Shown: piece after piece, positions 47,207 to 56,578 of the stretch
How the letters are laid out: each line of letters starts with the position of its first letter
How positions within the stretch are numbered: the stretch's first letter is position 1
DNA from: Alkalispirochaeta sp.
GTDB taxonomy: Bacteria; Spirochaetota; Spirochaetia; DSM-27196; Alkalispirochaetaceae
Assembly (NCBI GenBank): GCA_965601925.1
Contig: OZ271854.1
Location: 4,736,001 to 4,800,000, forward strand
Reading direction: 5' to 3'
DNA: 64,000 nt
Notes under the pieces: generated by a model
Database searches by the model: none
Told to the model about the DNA's origin: nothing
Seen by the model: the letters and a program-made list of their open reading frames with translations, nothing else
Translations under genes and position numbers: made by a program

Positions 47207-48309
47207 AGGGCGTCCACCGTCCGTCCCCGAACCGTCGGCTCCACCAGTTGGCCGTCGCTGAGGGCCGAGAGCGCCGATACGACGATGATCTCCCCCTCCC
47301 GAAGGCCGTCCACTACCTGTACCCGGTCGCCCAGCCGCTCGCCGGTCTCGATATCTCGACGTTCTATCGTGTTATCGACGGCCACGAACACGTGCATACC
47401 AGACGCGTCGCGACGGATGGCGGTGCTGGGGATGATGATACGCGTATCTTCCTCCAACGGCCTGATTCGAACTGAGGCGGTCATGCCGGAGCGGGCGACA
47501 TCGCATTCGTTTTCCCACGTGACGATGATCGGAAAGCTACCGGTGCTCATATCCGCGCCGGCGGCCACCGACCGAACGCGTCCGTCAATGTCCGATAGTC
47601 CGCACGCCGGGATGGCGATCTGTGCATCGAGCCCCTGGGTGACGTACCGAATCTCCCGCTCGCCCACCGCGATCTCCATCTCCAAGGAGCTCAGGTCGAC
47701 CACTCTCGCTACCGTTACCCCTCCGGAGAGGTAGTTACCGCGCCCGATATCCGAGGACTTGGCGGCGATAAAGCCTGAGATGGGGGCGGTGATCGCGTGA
47801 TCTTCGAGCGTTTCACGGGCCGCTTGGTAGCGCGCTTCGGCACCGTTGGCCGCGCTTCTGGCGCGCGTCACCTCCGACTGCGAAGCGCCGCCGTTCTCGA
47901 AACGGCGTTCCGCGGCGGTGAGGTCGAGCTGGGCACTTTCCCAGGCTTGACGCGCCTCCTCGAAATTGAGCGCCGCAATGGTCGATTCGACTCGCACGAG
48001 AACGTCGCCCTCTCGCACGTACTGGCCGAGTTCGAACTCTTCGGATTGGATGATGCCGTGCACTTCCGAGACGACGTTGGCCTCGTTGACCCCGCGAATG
48101 ATCCCGGACGCCTCGATCGTCTGGAGCACCGATCCTCGCGATACTTCCAGCGCCTCCACCGCGAGGGCCGACGCCTCCCCCGACGCCTGCTCCTGCGCCC
48201 AGTCGCCCGTCGCGCCGGTTCGCCCGTCCTCACCGCGCCCGCAGGACGCCAATGCCACGATCGCCGTAAGGGCTACGGCGGTCACCGTACCCACCTTCGC
48301 ATACCTCAT
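47203..48309 (-). CDS. RND periplasmic adaptor (MFP) lipoprotein
   Basis: LASC lipobox, G.YV.EGDVL, ITAPISG, IP..AI, V.DGL.EGE.IV. Confidence 0.92.
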   Translation of the reverse strand: MRYAKVGTVTAVALTAIVALASCGRGEDGRTGATGDWAQEQASGEASALAVEALEVSRGSVLQTIEASGIIRGVNEANVVSEVHGIIQSEEFELGQYVREGDVLVRVESTIAALNFEEARQAWESAQLDLTAAERRFENGGASQSEVTRARSAANGAEARYQAARETLEDHAITAPISGFIAAKSSDIGRGNYLSGGVTVARVVDLSSLEMEIAVGEREIRYVTQGLDAQIAIPACGLSDIDGRVRSVAAGADMSTGSFPIIVTWENECDVARSGMTASVRIRPLEEDTRIIIPSTAIRRDASGMHVFVAVDNTIERRDIETGERLGDRVQVVDGLREGEIIVVSALSALSDGQLVEPTVRGRTVDAL

Positions 48310-48390
48310 CGCCACCTCCACTTCCGAAAGTACGGAGAGAGCAAGTACGAGTCAAGAAAATTACCTAACGTTAGTTAGTTTTCTAAGCGG

Positions 48391-48969
48391 TTACGGACGA
48401 CGGCAAAAACAGGTCTCGGAATCGGTAACGACGATCTGAACCGTCTGGTCGTAGTCGTGCGTCGGAACGCTCTGCACGAGCTGTGCGGAGTAGCCGATAC
48501 CGACGGTAACGACTCCGTCGGAAAGCGTCGCGATATACCGATCATAAAATCCGCGTCCCCGTCCGAGACGATGACCTGCACGATCGAACAGACGCCCCGG
48601 TACCAGCATCAGCGCGCCGGCATCGGGTGTCGCCACCGGCGCGTTTTGCGGGGGCTGAAAGAATCCGAACGCGTGGCGTTCGGAATGACGGGTATCGCGT
48701 TCCAGGAGGTGGAATTGCATGGACTCGCCATCGGATTCTATACGCGGCAAGGCGATTCGCTTGTCCGCGCCCGTGGCGGCGCGAAATACCGCCTCCAGAT
48801 CGACTTCGTCCGCCATGGCGGCGTACGCGTAGACGGTGTGCGCCCCTTCCCAAAAGCTCAGCTGCGTTATGTGCGTCGCGATTTGCGCATCGAGAACGAT
48901 ACGACTTTCGTCCGAAAGAGTTCGAATGTGCTCCGCGATACGCTCGCGAGCGTCCTGTTTGGCATCCAC
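48391..48969 (-). CDS. 5-formyltetrahydrofolate cyclo-ligase
   Basis: Y.AM.DEVD, K.IALPR, LVPG..FDR.G.RLGRG.GFYDRY, VP...YD..V..VVT. Confidence 0.92.
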   Translation of the reverse strand: MDAKQDARERIAEHIRTLSDESRIVLDAQIATHITQLSFWEGAHTVYAYAAMADEVDLEAVFRAATGADKRIALPRIESDGESMQFHLLERDTRHSERHAFGFFQPPQNAPVATPDAGALMLVPGRLFDRAGHRLGRGRGFYDRYIATLSDGVVTVGIGYSAQLVQSVPTHDYDQTVQIVVTDSETCFCRRP

Positions 48970-48983
48970 ACGCCCAATGTCAC

Positions 48984-49018
48984 AAAAAAAGCCGCTCCCG
49001 GTCAATCGGGGAGCGGCT
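48984..49018 (-). terminator. Rho-independent terminator of the lipoprotein gene
   Basis: AGCCGCTCCC-N9-GGGAGCGGCT followed by a T-run on the minus strand. Confidence 0.88.
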
Positions 49019-49040
49019 ATACCGTATCGATTACCCGGTA

Positions 49041-49619
49041 TTAGTTACCGGTGGTCCCGGACTGCGGTGGATTGTTCTCCAACTGCGAATCGAGATACTC
49101 GAGGGCCTGAGTCGCCTGGAACTCGGCGAACGCCGCGTCCTCGTTGCGTTGAAACGCTTCGGCGGTCTGATCGCGGAAGTTATTGATCGGGAAACTCACC
49201 AGGGCGTAGACCGTGCCGTCGTCTCCCTGAGCGACCGTCTCGGTTCGCGTGCCTTGGAGCGTCGTCTCGGTTACCTGGCGGGAGATCGTCTCCACAAAGC
49301 TGATGACTTGATTTCCGCCGTCGACTCCCGCCTCCTGCGAGTAGTCTATGATCGCCGCTTCTATCGCCGCATTGATCTGGAAGGCGATATCTTCACGCGC
49401 CCGCGTGATCGCCATGCGTCGCGAGTTGTCCAGGGTGGCCATCCGCGCCGATCCTACACCGTAAATGGCGTCGTCGGCCTGCGGCGGATTGAGATAAAAA
49501 TCCGGGAGTCCAGGGGGGGCCTGCTCGGGAGTAGGCTCCGGAGAGCTCGCACATCCGGCGATTATAACTAGCACAAGAAGCACCCCGATACCGATTACCG
49601 GTCGCATGTTTCGTTTCAT
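49041..49619 (-). CDS. Lipoprotein, LPP20-like
   Basis: AGGAGG RBS; MKRN..IIAG-C lipobox; P.F..NPP...DAIYGVGSA, A..RAR..IA.Q. Confidence 0.8.
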   Translation of the reverse strand: MKRNMRPVIGIGVLLVLVIIAGCASSPEPTPEQAPPGLPDFYLNPPQADDAIYGVGSARMATLDNSRRMAITRAREDIAFQINAAIEAAIIDYSQEAGVDGGNQVISFVETISRQVTETTLQGTRTETVAQGDDGTVYALVSFPINNFRDQTAEAFQRNEDAAFAEFQATQALEYLDSQLENNPPQSGTTGN

Positions 49620-49793
49620 GGTTCCTCCTAAACGGTGTTTAGCTAACACCTCGCCAGTATACTCCCGCGCACATCGTTTTTCCAGAGCGGACGAATGATC
49701 GAGATGTTTTTTACACCATACCGGCAGGTAACCGGAGCTTGCGCGATAACGCATATCCGTGTGTCCGCGACCGGTCCGCGGCTCCCAGGACAA

Positions 49794-50240
49794 ACGGAGA
49801 GTACTACTGCATTCGCGATCATGATGCGGCGGTATCGTGTAACGGCCAAATTTTTTTTCGGCGCGCAAGACGTGCCGGTGTTACCCCTCGAGGTGCCCCA
49901 TCGGGACCAGCTCACCCTTCTCCTACAGATGTTCGTCCACGAGTTCGAGGAACGCGACACGTTACAGGGAGAGATGCTCCTGATACTCCTCAAACGGCTC
50001 ATCATCATTTGTACGCGCGCCGCCAAAGAGCAATCGGTGGGTCAAACGCTTTCGCGCCCCGAGCTCGAACTGTATAGGCGATTCAACTTGGTGACGAGCC
50101 GGATCAACGGATGCCGCTACTGTCAGGCAGCCCACACCGCGGTGGAAAAAATGACGGGATTCAGCGACGTGGAGATACCGCAGCTGCGCGGCGGAACCGC
50201 ACCCTTCGACGCGAAACCGGACGTCCTCGCCCGCAGTGCG
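49794..50240 (+). pseudogene. Chimeric remnant: frameshifted AraC-family fragment fused to a carboxymuconolactone decarboxylase/AhpD fragment
   Basis: EYYCIRDHDAAVSCNGQIFF, then a frame change at T8 49851-49858, then FFGAQDVP...DTLQGEML.ILLKRLII.CTR...RRFNL, then LVTSRINGCRYCQAAHT (CxxC..H). No HTH. Confidence 0.7.
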
Positions 50241-50659
50241 GCACTCCCGGATGAGGGCGCCGCAGCCTTCGACGACGATCCTCTGGTAATCCGGGCACTT
50301 CCTGATTCGGAGACGGACGGCGCGCTGCGGGGCAACGACGACGGTACCGGTGGACGCGAACGATTGACCCGCATTCCGGGGCGCCTGCGGAACCGAGCAT
50401 ATGTCTCCCGCCGCCCAAGCGCATCTCGCGATACCGCTCGGCGATCGAGGCTACCACGGCGCTCTTTTCCGCCCGCCCCGGGAGTAGCCATCCGGGCGAT
50501 GTGCATCCTCGAGAAAATCGGCACTCGGCTACACGGGGCCGAATGAGGCGCGTGTCGAGCATCTACTATTAGAATAATTAGAATAATAATGCGTCACATA
50601 TGGCGATTTATCCGCTGTTGAGTATTTCTCGTCGGCCGTTTCTACACTATTATACACGG

Positions 50660-52918
50660 GTGGGACGATTTGACGGCCTGGCCCTCATCGGCGCGGTAAC
50701 TGATCTGACTGAGCTCCTCGGACGCAGATCGACGATCGACGAGTTTCTTACCGATCTGGTAAGCGTCGTGGCGGAACACATGGCCGCAGATGTCTGTTCG
50801 GTCTATCTCTACGACGTCGAACAGGATCTATTGGTCCTGCGGGCCACGGTGGGACTCAACCCCGGTTTGGTCGGGAGCGTACGTCTGTCACGGGGCGAGG
50901 GACTCACCGGCTATGCGCTGCTCAACAACAGACCCGTGTTTGAGACCGACGCCGGTAACGCACGGCTCAACAAGCCGATTCCCGATCTGGGCGAGGAGGA
51001 ATATCCGGTATTCCTCGGCGTGCCGATCAAGCGCAACAACTTGGATATAGGGGTACTTACGATCCAGTACCGCGCCAAAACGGAGATCGAAGAGCGGGCG
51101 ATACGCGCCCTTCGGTCGATAGCCTCGCACCTCGCGGCGACGTTGGAGAACGCCGCCGCGCTTTACGAACTGCAAGAGGCTCCGAGCGGTCACACCGCAC
51201 CCCGCACGGGACCGCTCACCACGGGGCTGTTGAACGGCACGAGCGCATCGCGGGGAATCGCCATCGGTCACCTCGAATACTTGGACGAGCGCGTCGACGC
51301 CGTAGCTCTCCCGGCGATTCGTTCTCTGGAAGAGGCGATCGAGGCGAGTGCACGCCAACTTCAGGAATTACAACGCCAAGTAGACCAGACGCTCTCCGAC
51401 GTCGCGGCGATGATCTTCAGTTCTCACCTCTTAATGCTGCGCGACGAGAGTTTCGTTGGGCAGATGATCGACATACGCGACGGCGGCATAGATCCCGGCG
51501 AGGCGGTCCAGCGGGTGGTCGACGACTTCTCGCGGCGCTTTGCCGCGATACCCGATCCGCGCTTCCAGGAGAAGATTCAGGATGTACAGGACCTCGGCCA
51601 TCGCATTCTCCACAACCTTCGCGACCACGTGGAACGGGAGGGCGACTACCGCGGGCAGATCGTGGCGGCACGCGAGGTGTTCCCTTCGGAGTTGGTCAAG
51701 CTCTATCTCCAAAGCGTGGAGGGTCTCGTATTCGCCGGCGGCGGCGCGACCAGCCACGTTGCGATTCTTGCGCAGTCGTTGGATTTGCCGGTCGTAGCTA
51801 CCGCCGATCCGCGACTCTTCTCGATCCCGGCGGGGACACGCCTGGTCGTCGACGCCGAAGACGGCAAGGTCGTCATCGAGCCGGCGGGAGAGATTCTCGC
51901 GGCCTTTCGCGAGCGCATCTCGGAACGACGACGGCGACTCAGCGCACGAAACGCGACGCCGATCTCGCCGCGCCTGTTGAGTGCCGACGGGCAACCGATA
52001 CACCTACTCGCCAACGTAAACCTCGTGAAGGACGCGCGAGCCGCATATGCGTTCGGAGCGCACGGCGTCGGTCTGTATCGCAGTGAGTTCCCCTTCCTCA
52101 TCCGCAACGGATTCCCGACCGAAGAGGAGCAGTTGACGGTCTACGAGCGGGTCGTGCGGGAATTGAACGGCAAGCCGGTAACATTTCGCACCCTCGACCT
52201 GGGGGGAGACAAACTGCTCAGCACCCAGGTCGGCCGCGAAGACAACCCGTTCCTGGGCTTTCGCGGTATCCGGTTCCTTTTGGAACACAAGGATCTCTTT
52301 CGAGAGCAGCTCCGCGCCATGCTGCGGGCGGGCTCGGAGATCAGCCTCGGGATACAGTTTCCGATGATCTCGAGCCTCGAGGAGTTTTTGGCCGCCCGTG
52401 ACGAGGTACATGCGTCGATACGAGAGCTACGAGACGAGGGGACGCGCCACAATGAGAAGCCGCGCCTCGGGGTGATGGTCGAACTTCCCGCGGCGGTCGA
52501 GATTGCGCGGGACCTGGCCGCAGAAGTCGATTTTCTCTCGATAGGTACCAACGATCTGGTCATGTACACCCTCGCCGCCGACCGCGCCAACCATCGCGTC
52601 GCGCACATTTATCGTTCCGTTCATCCCGCGGTTTTGCGGATGATCAAGAGACTCGCGGAGGCGGTCGCGCCGTTGGAGCGCCCGCTGTCGGTGTGCGGCG
52701 CAAGCGCGGCCGATCCGGCGATGGTCACGTTTTATCTCGGAGTCGGTATCACGACCTTGAGCGTCGATCCGGGGGAGCTGCACCGCGTCTCCGGAATCGT
52801 ATCGAACACGAACGTCCGTGATGCGCAAAGGACCGCCGCCGCGATGCTCAACTCCCCACGACGGGACGAGCTCGACGAGATGGTCGGGGCGCTTCGTTCC
52901 CGCTACGTGGCACTCTGA
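50660..52918 (+). CDS. ptsP: GAF-containing PEP-protein phosphotransferase (Enzyme I-Ntr type)
   Basis: N-term GAF (ADVCSVYL..LVLRAT.GL..GEGLTG), GG.TSHVAILA, GVGLYRSEF, RTLDLGGDK, NPFLG.RGIR, MVE.P, SIGTNDL. Confidence 0.95.
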   Translation: MGRFDGLALIGAVTDLTELLGRRSTIDEFLTDLVSVVAEHMAADVCSVYLYDVEQDLLVLRATVGLNPGLVGSVRLSRGEGLTGYALLNNRPVFETDAGNARLNKPIPDLGEEEYPVFLGVPIKRNNLDIGVLTIQYRAKTEIEERAIRALRSIASHLAATLENAAALYELQEAPSGHTAPRTGPLTTGLLNGTSASRGIAIGHLEYLDERVDAVALPAIRSLEEAIEASARQLQELQRQVDQTLSDVAAMIFSSHLLMLRDESFVGQMIDIRDGGIDPGEAVQRVVDDFSRRFAAIPDPRFQEKIQDVQDLGHRILHNLRDHVEREGDYRGQIVAAREVFPSELVKLYLQSVEGLVFAGGGATSHVAILAQSLDLPVVATADPRLFSIPAGTRLVVDAEDGKVVIEPAGEILAAFRERISERRRRLSARNATPISPRLLSADGQPIHLLANVNLVKDARAAYAFGAHGVGLYRSEFPFLIRNGFPTEEEQLTVYERVVRELNGKPVTFRTLDLGGDKLLSTQVGREDNPFLGFRGIRFLLEHKDLFREQLRAMLRAGSEISLGIQFPMISSLEEFLAARDEVHASIRELRDEGTRHNEKPRLGVMVELPAAVEIARDLAAEVDFLSIGTNDLVMYTLAADRANHRVAHIYRSVHPAVLRMIKRLAEAVAPLERPLSVCGASAADPAMVTFYLGVGITTLSVDPGELHRVSGIVSNTNVRDAQRTAAAMLNSPRRDELDEMVGALRSRYVAL

Positions 52919-52961
52919 GGACTCGCAGGCCGGTCCGCCTCCGTGGTACAACAAGAGCGTC

Positions 52962-53732
52962 ATGAACGATACGACCATGTTACGTCAACGCCCGTCGGTA
53001 CTTCTGTGCGACGTCGGCGATACGCTGGTACGCTGGACCGGATACTCTCGCCGCGACGGACTTCGCGCCATGACCGGATTGTGCGATGCACCGGGACGGT
53101 TCGACCTGCCGACGCTCATCGAACGCGGAGAGCGCCTCGATGTCGATCTCGAGAAGCGGGCTCAGGCGAGCCTCGTCGAGTTTCGACAAGCCGACTTCTT
53201 ACGATCACTCTTCGGTACGCTCGGTATTCAGCTCCTGTGCGACGACGACCATCTGGAATGGCTCTATTGGCGTTCGGCGTTCACCTTCGAGCCCGAGCCC
53301 GGGGTCGCCGACGCGTTACAGCGAATTGCCGAGTGCGGGGTGACCCTCGGCATCATCAGTAACATGATCTTCGGTCCTCGATCGCTCATCGGCGAGTTGG
53401 AACGCAACGGTATAGCGCACTTCTTCTCACCGCCGGTGCTTACCTCGGCCCGTTTCGGGCTGCGCAAACCGCATCCGTCGATATTCGAGTCGGCGATGGG
53501 TCTCTTTGAGACGACGGGCGACGACGCCTGGTACGTGGGAAACAGCGTATACCACGATGTGGGCGGCGCCAATGCGGCGGGACTCCCGGTGGTCTGGTAC
53601 AACGAGGACGGAGAGGATCTGAACTCTGCGGCGCAGCACGGCGAACGCCCCGACATGATCGTTTCACACTGGAGCGAACTGGCCGACACGCTTGAGGGGC
53701 TCCCGCGCCGCCGACGGGACGTGGCGGTGTAA
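52962..53732 (+). CDS. HAD family hydrolase
   Basis: LCDVGDTLV, IISN, RKPHP.IF, YVGNS...DV.GA..AG. Confidence 0.9.
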   Translation: MNDTTMLRQRPSVLLCDVGDTLVRWTGYSRRDGLRAMTGLCDAPGRFDLPTLIERGERLDVDLEKRAQASLVEFRQADFLRSLFGTLGIQLLCDDDHLEWLYWRSAFTFEPEPGVADALQRIAECGVTLGIISNMIFGPRSLIGELERNGIAHFFSPPVLTSARFGLRKPHPSIFESAMGLFETTGDDAWYVGNSVYHDVGGANAAGLPVVWYNEDGEDLNSAAQHGERPDMIVSHWSELADTLEGLPRRRRDVAV

Positions 53733-53761
53733 TCCGCGCCGTCGGATGCGACGAAGGGACG

Positions 53762-54688
53762 TTATCGATCCGCCGACTCAGCCGGAGTCGGTATCTCTAT
53801 GCGGATGTTCGTTCCTTCACCGAGCGAGGAGGCGATCCACATGCGCCCGTGGTAGCGTCGCGCAATGTAGTATGCTTTGGTCAGCCCGAATCCGCTCCCC
53901 TTGGTCTCGTAGACGCTCGTGTTGCTTCCGCGAATACCGAACTGCACGACCGAAGAGATCTCCTGCGGCGGTATCCCACGCCCTTCGTCCCGTACTTCGA
54001 GACGAACGACGGAGCGATCATCTTCGATACGGGACTGTACTCGAGTGCCCGGGGGCGAGTACTTCCGTGCGTTGGCGGTAAGATCGCGCATGACGTCCAG
54101 CATCTCCGGAGGGACGTACACCGATCCGTCGGGACAATCTACGCGAATATCCAAAAGGTACTCGGACGAGGTCTGGACGCTGGGCGGGTAGACGACCGCG
54201 TAACGCCCCCGCGCCCCCAGCGTCATGACGTCGAAGATCTGGCGCACTTGATCGACAATGGCACGATCGGCAAAGTGCTGCCAGGCGCCGGGAGCGTGCA
54301 TACGCGCCAGAAGTTCCAATATGCGCACATCGACGACCGCGAGGACGCGCAACACGAACACGCGTAACTCCGTGAGTGCGGTCGCCGTCGCCGGCTTGCG
54401 CGCGATCCCATCCTCGACGACTTCGGCGATCCGTTCGCGAAGCCGCGCCACGAGCAACTTGGTACGCTCGGCGCGTTGTGCCTCGTCGCGCATGTCCCTG
54501 TACGAGTCGATGAGAGCCCGGCACATCCCGCGCTCCTCAACAAATAGGGTATCGTCCTCCAGTAGGAGCTCGGCGATTTGTAATTCCGCGTTGATGACAT
54601 TGGCAAGATTCACAAAACTGTGCAGCTCGATGGCTCGTTGTTGATCGCCGGCGAGCGTCAATTCTTCTCGTATCTCGACCTCGGTCAT
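53762..54688 (-). CDS. Histidine kinase-like ATPase with no recognisable sensor domain
   Basis: ELHSFVN (H-box-like), DL.ANARKYS, VRDEGRGI, G.RGSN, GSGFGL, S.LGEGT. Confidence 0.85.
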   Translation of the reverse strand: MTEVEIREELTLAGDQQRAIELHSFVNLANVINAELQIAELLLEDDTLFVEERGMCRALIDSYRDMRDEAQRAERTKLLVARLRERIAEVVEDGIARKPATATALTELRVFVLRVLAVVDVRILELLARMHAPGAWQHFADRAIVDQVRQIFDVMTLGARGRYAVVYPPSVQTSSEYLLDIRVDCPDGSVYVPPEMLDVMRDLTANARKYSPPGTRVQSRIEDDRSVVRLEVRDEGRGIPPQEISSVVQFGIRGSNTSVYETKGSGFGLTKAYYIARRYHGRMWIASSLGEGTNIRIEIPTPAESADR

Positions 54689-54936
54689 TGTCAAAAGCTC
54701 CTACTTTGCGGCGGTATATCGAGACAGTATGTTCTCTTTCGGAGTCCGACGGGACGATACGATCGCACGATCCGAAACGGCTACCCGATTGAAACGACAA
54801 CATGTACGATGCTGCGATAGCGTATCATGGATAAGACGAATAATAAAACTATTGCTTTCGACATAACATAAAAAAATATTGTGACTTTTCGAGACATAAT
54901 GCGGCGCGTCGTGCGGCCGCGTCCCGGGGGTAAACC

Positions 54937-55836
54937 ATGGACAAAACGCAAATGTATCTACAGTGCATCAACGCCGTGACCGACCATATAGAACTGCATC
55001 TCGACCGCGCCATCACGCTCGACGAGTTGGCCGGTCTTTCCGGCTTTTCGAAGTACCACTTCCACCGGATATTTCAGAGCTTCACAAACGAGCCGCTGTA
55101 TCACTTCATCATCCGCTTACGGGTCGAACGCGCCGCGGCGCTTTTGGTGAATCGCGACGATTCGGTTACCGAGATCGCGTTTGCGTGCGGGTTCAACGAT
55201 TCGGCCACCTTTTCACGGGCGTTCAAAAAACACTTCGGAGTATCGGCCGCCCGGTGGAGGAGCGAACGAAACCGCAAGATTCGTCAAGAGGACACCTCCC
55301 CTCCCGTGTACCGTGGAGAGAGCACAGCAATGGAGAGCAGTGTCGTGCATCCTTCGTCGGTGAGAGAGGAACAGTGGCCGGAGCGCACGGTAGTCTACGT
55401 CCGGTACACCGGGCCGTTTGCGGGAGACGGCGAGCTCTTTCAGCGTCTCAACGCCGAGTTGATGCGCCACGCCGAGGGCGCCGGGCTGGTTAAGTATCCC
55501 GAGACCGAGCATGTCATCGTGTATCACGATCCGTTGGGTATAACCGATGAAGACAAGCTCAGGATTTCGGTGGGACTCACCGTGCCTCACGGCGCATCGG
55601 CGGGACCGGCGCTCGGGACGCTCGTCCTCGCCGAGGGAGCATATACCGTCTGTACGTTTCGTGTTACCGAGAATCAGTACGGTGATGCGTGGAACTACGT
55701 ATATCGCGTCGTACTGCCTACGCGCGGTCTGGCGCCCGCCGACAGCAACTGTTTTGAGATGTACGCCCACGATTGCTATCACGAGGAAGACGGCACCACC
55801 ACCGTTGCACTGTGCATTCCAACGATTCGATTGTAA
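54937..55836 (+). CDS. AraC family regulator with C-terminal GyrI-like effector domain
   Basis: LDELA..SGFSKYHFHRIF, RLRVERAA, IAF.CGF.DSATFSRAFKK; YHD...T..DKLR, FE.Y. Confidence 0.93.
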   Translation: MDKTQMYLQCINAVTDHIELHLDRAITLDELAGLSGFSKYHFHRIFQSFTNEPLYHFIIRLRVERAAALLVNRDDSVTEIAFACGFNDSATFSRAFKKHFGVSAARWRSERNRKIRQEDTSPPVYRGESTAMESSVVHPSSVREEQWPERTVVYVRYTGPFAGDGELFQRLNAELMRHAEGAGLVKYPETEHVIVYHDPLGITDEDKLRISVGLTVPHGASAGPALGTLVLAEGAYTVCTFRVTENQYGDAWNYVYRVVLPTRGLAPADSNCFEMYAHDCYHEEDGTTTVALCIPTIRL

Positions 55837-55849
55837 CGGGAGGTATCGC

Positions 55850-56482
55850 GTGGAGGAGAAGCGTTTCGAACGTATCACCGGGGCTATGAATGTCGTCTAC
55901 GCGCTGTTGTTGCTCGTGACCGCCGTGCTGTTCTATACACTGCTACCGGTTACGAGCATCGCGACCGACTACTCGGCGCTCGTGGTACGCCCCGCCTGGT
56001 TACCCATCAACGCACTATCGTTGGTGGCAAAACTGGCGGGTATTGTAGGGCTCATGGGTATTTTCACGGCACAGCGCTCGGCGACGGGCTCGCTCATGTT
56101 CGTGGGCTTCGTTCTCGCCCTCGCCTCGCTGGTAATACAGACCGCTACCATCACTTGGGAGATGGTTATATGGCCGGCGATGTTACGAGACAATCCGGCG
56201 ACGCCGCTACTCACCCAATCGGGCATCTATCGCGACGCCGGGATAGCGGCCTTTTACGGAACATTTACCCTTCTATTCACCCTTGGCCACCTCATCGTCG
56301 GCGTCGCGAGCGCGCGCGCACGCGTGTTCCCGCGCTGGGCCGCGGTAACCCTCGCAATCGGTGGCCCCGCGTATGCGATTCTCTTGGCGCTCCCGCCCTT
56401 CGGTGCGGTCGGGTTGGTGATCTATGCGGTCGCCGTTTTCGGATTCGGCTCCGCACTCATGAAGCGGCGCGCCCCGTCGTGA
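55850..56482 (+). CDS. Hypothetical multi-pass membrane protein
   Basis: GGAGG RBS before GTG; about 6 hydrophobic helices; FPRWA motif. Confidence 0.75.
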   Translation: MEEKRFERITGAMNVVYALLLLVTAVLFYTLLPVTSIATDYSALVVRPAWLPINALSLVAKLAGIVGLMGIFTAQRSATGSLMFVGFVLALASLVIQTATITWEMVIWPAMLRDNPATPLLTQSGIYRDAGIAAFYGTFTLLFTLGHLIVGVASARARVFPRWAAVTLAIGGPAYAILLALPPFGAVGLVIYAVAVFGFGSALMKRRAPS

Positions 56483-56578
56483 TAGCCGCACAACTCCTTC
56501 GCGCGATCGGCGCGTGCGGTAGGTATAGCCGGGTTCCGCGACGGACGAACGTTGTCCACGCGCCACCGTCGTCCGACC

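Noticed and set aside
48970..49040. 6S RNA upstream of the 5-formyl-THF cyclo-ligase (common synteny)
   Set aside because: Only ~70 bp are available, and they are occupied by a terminator.
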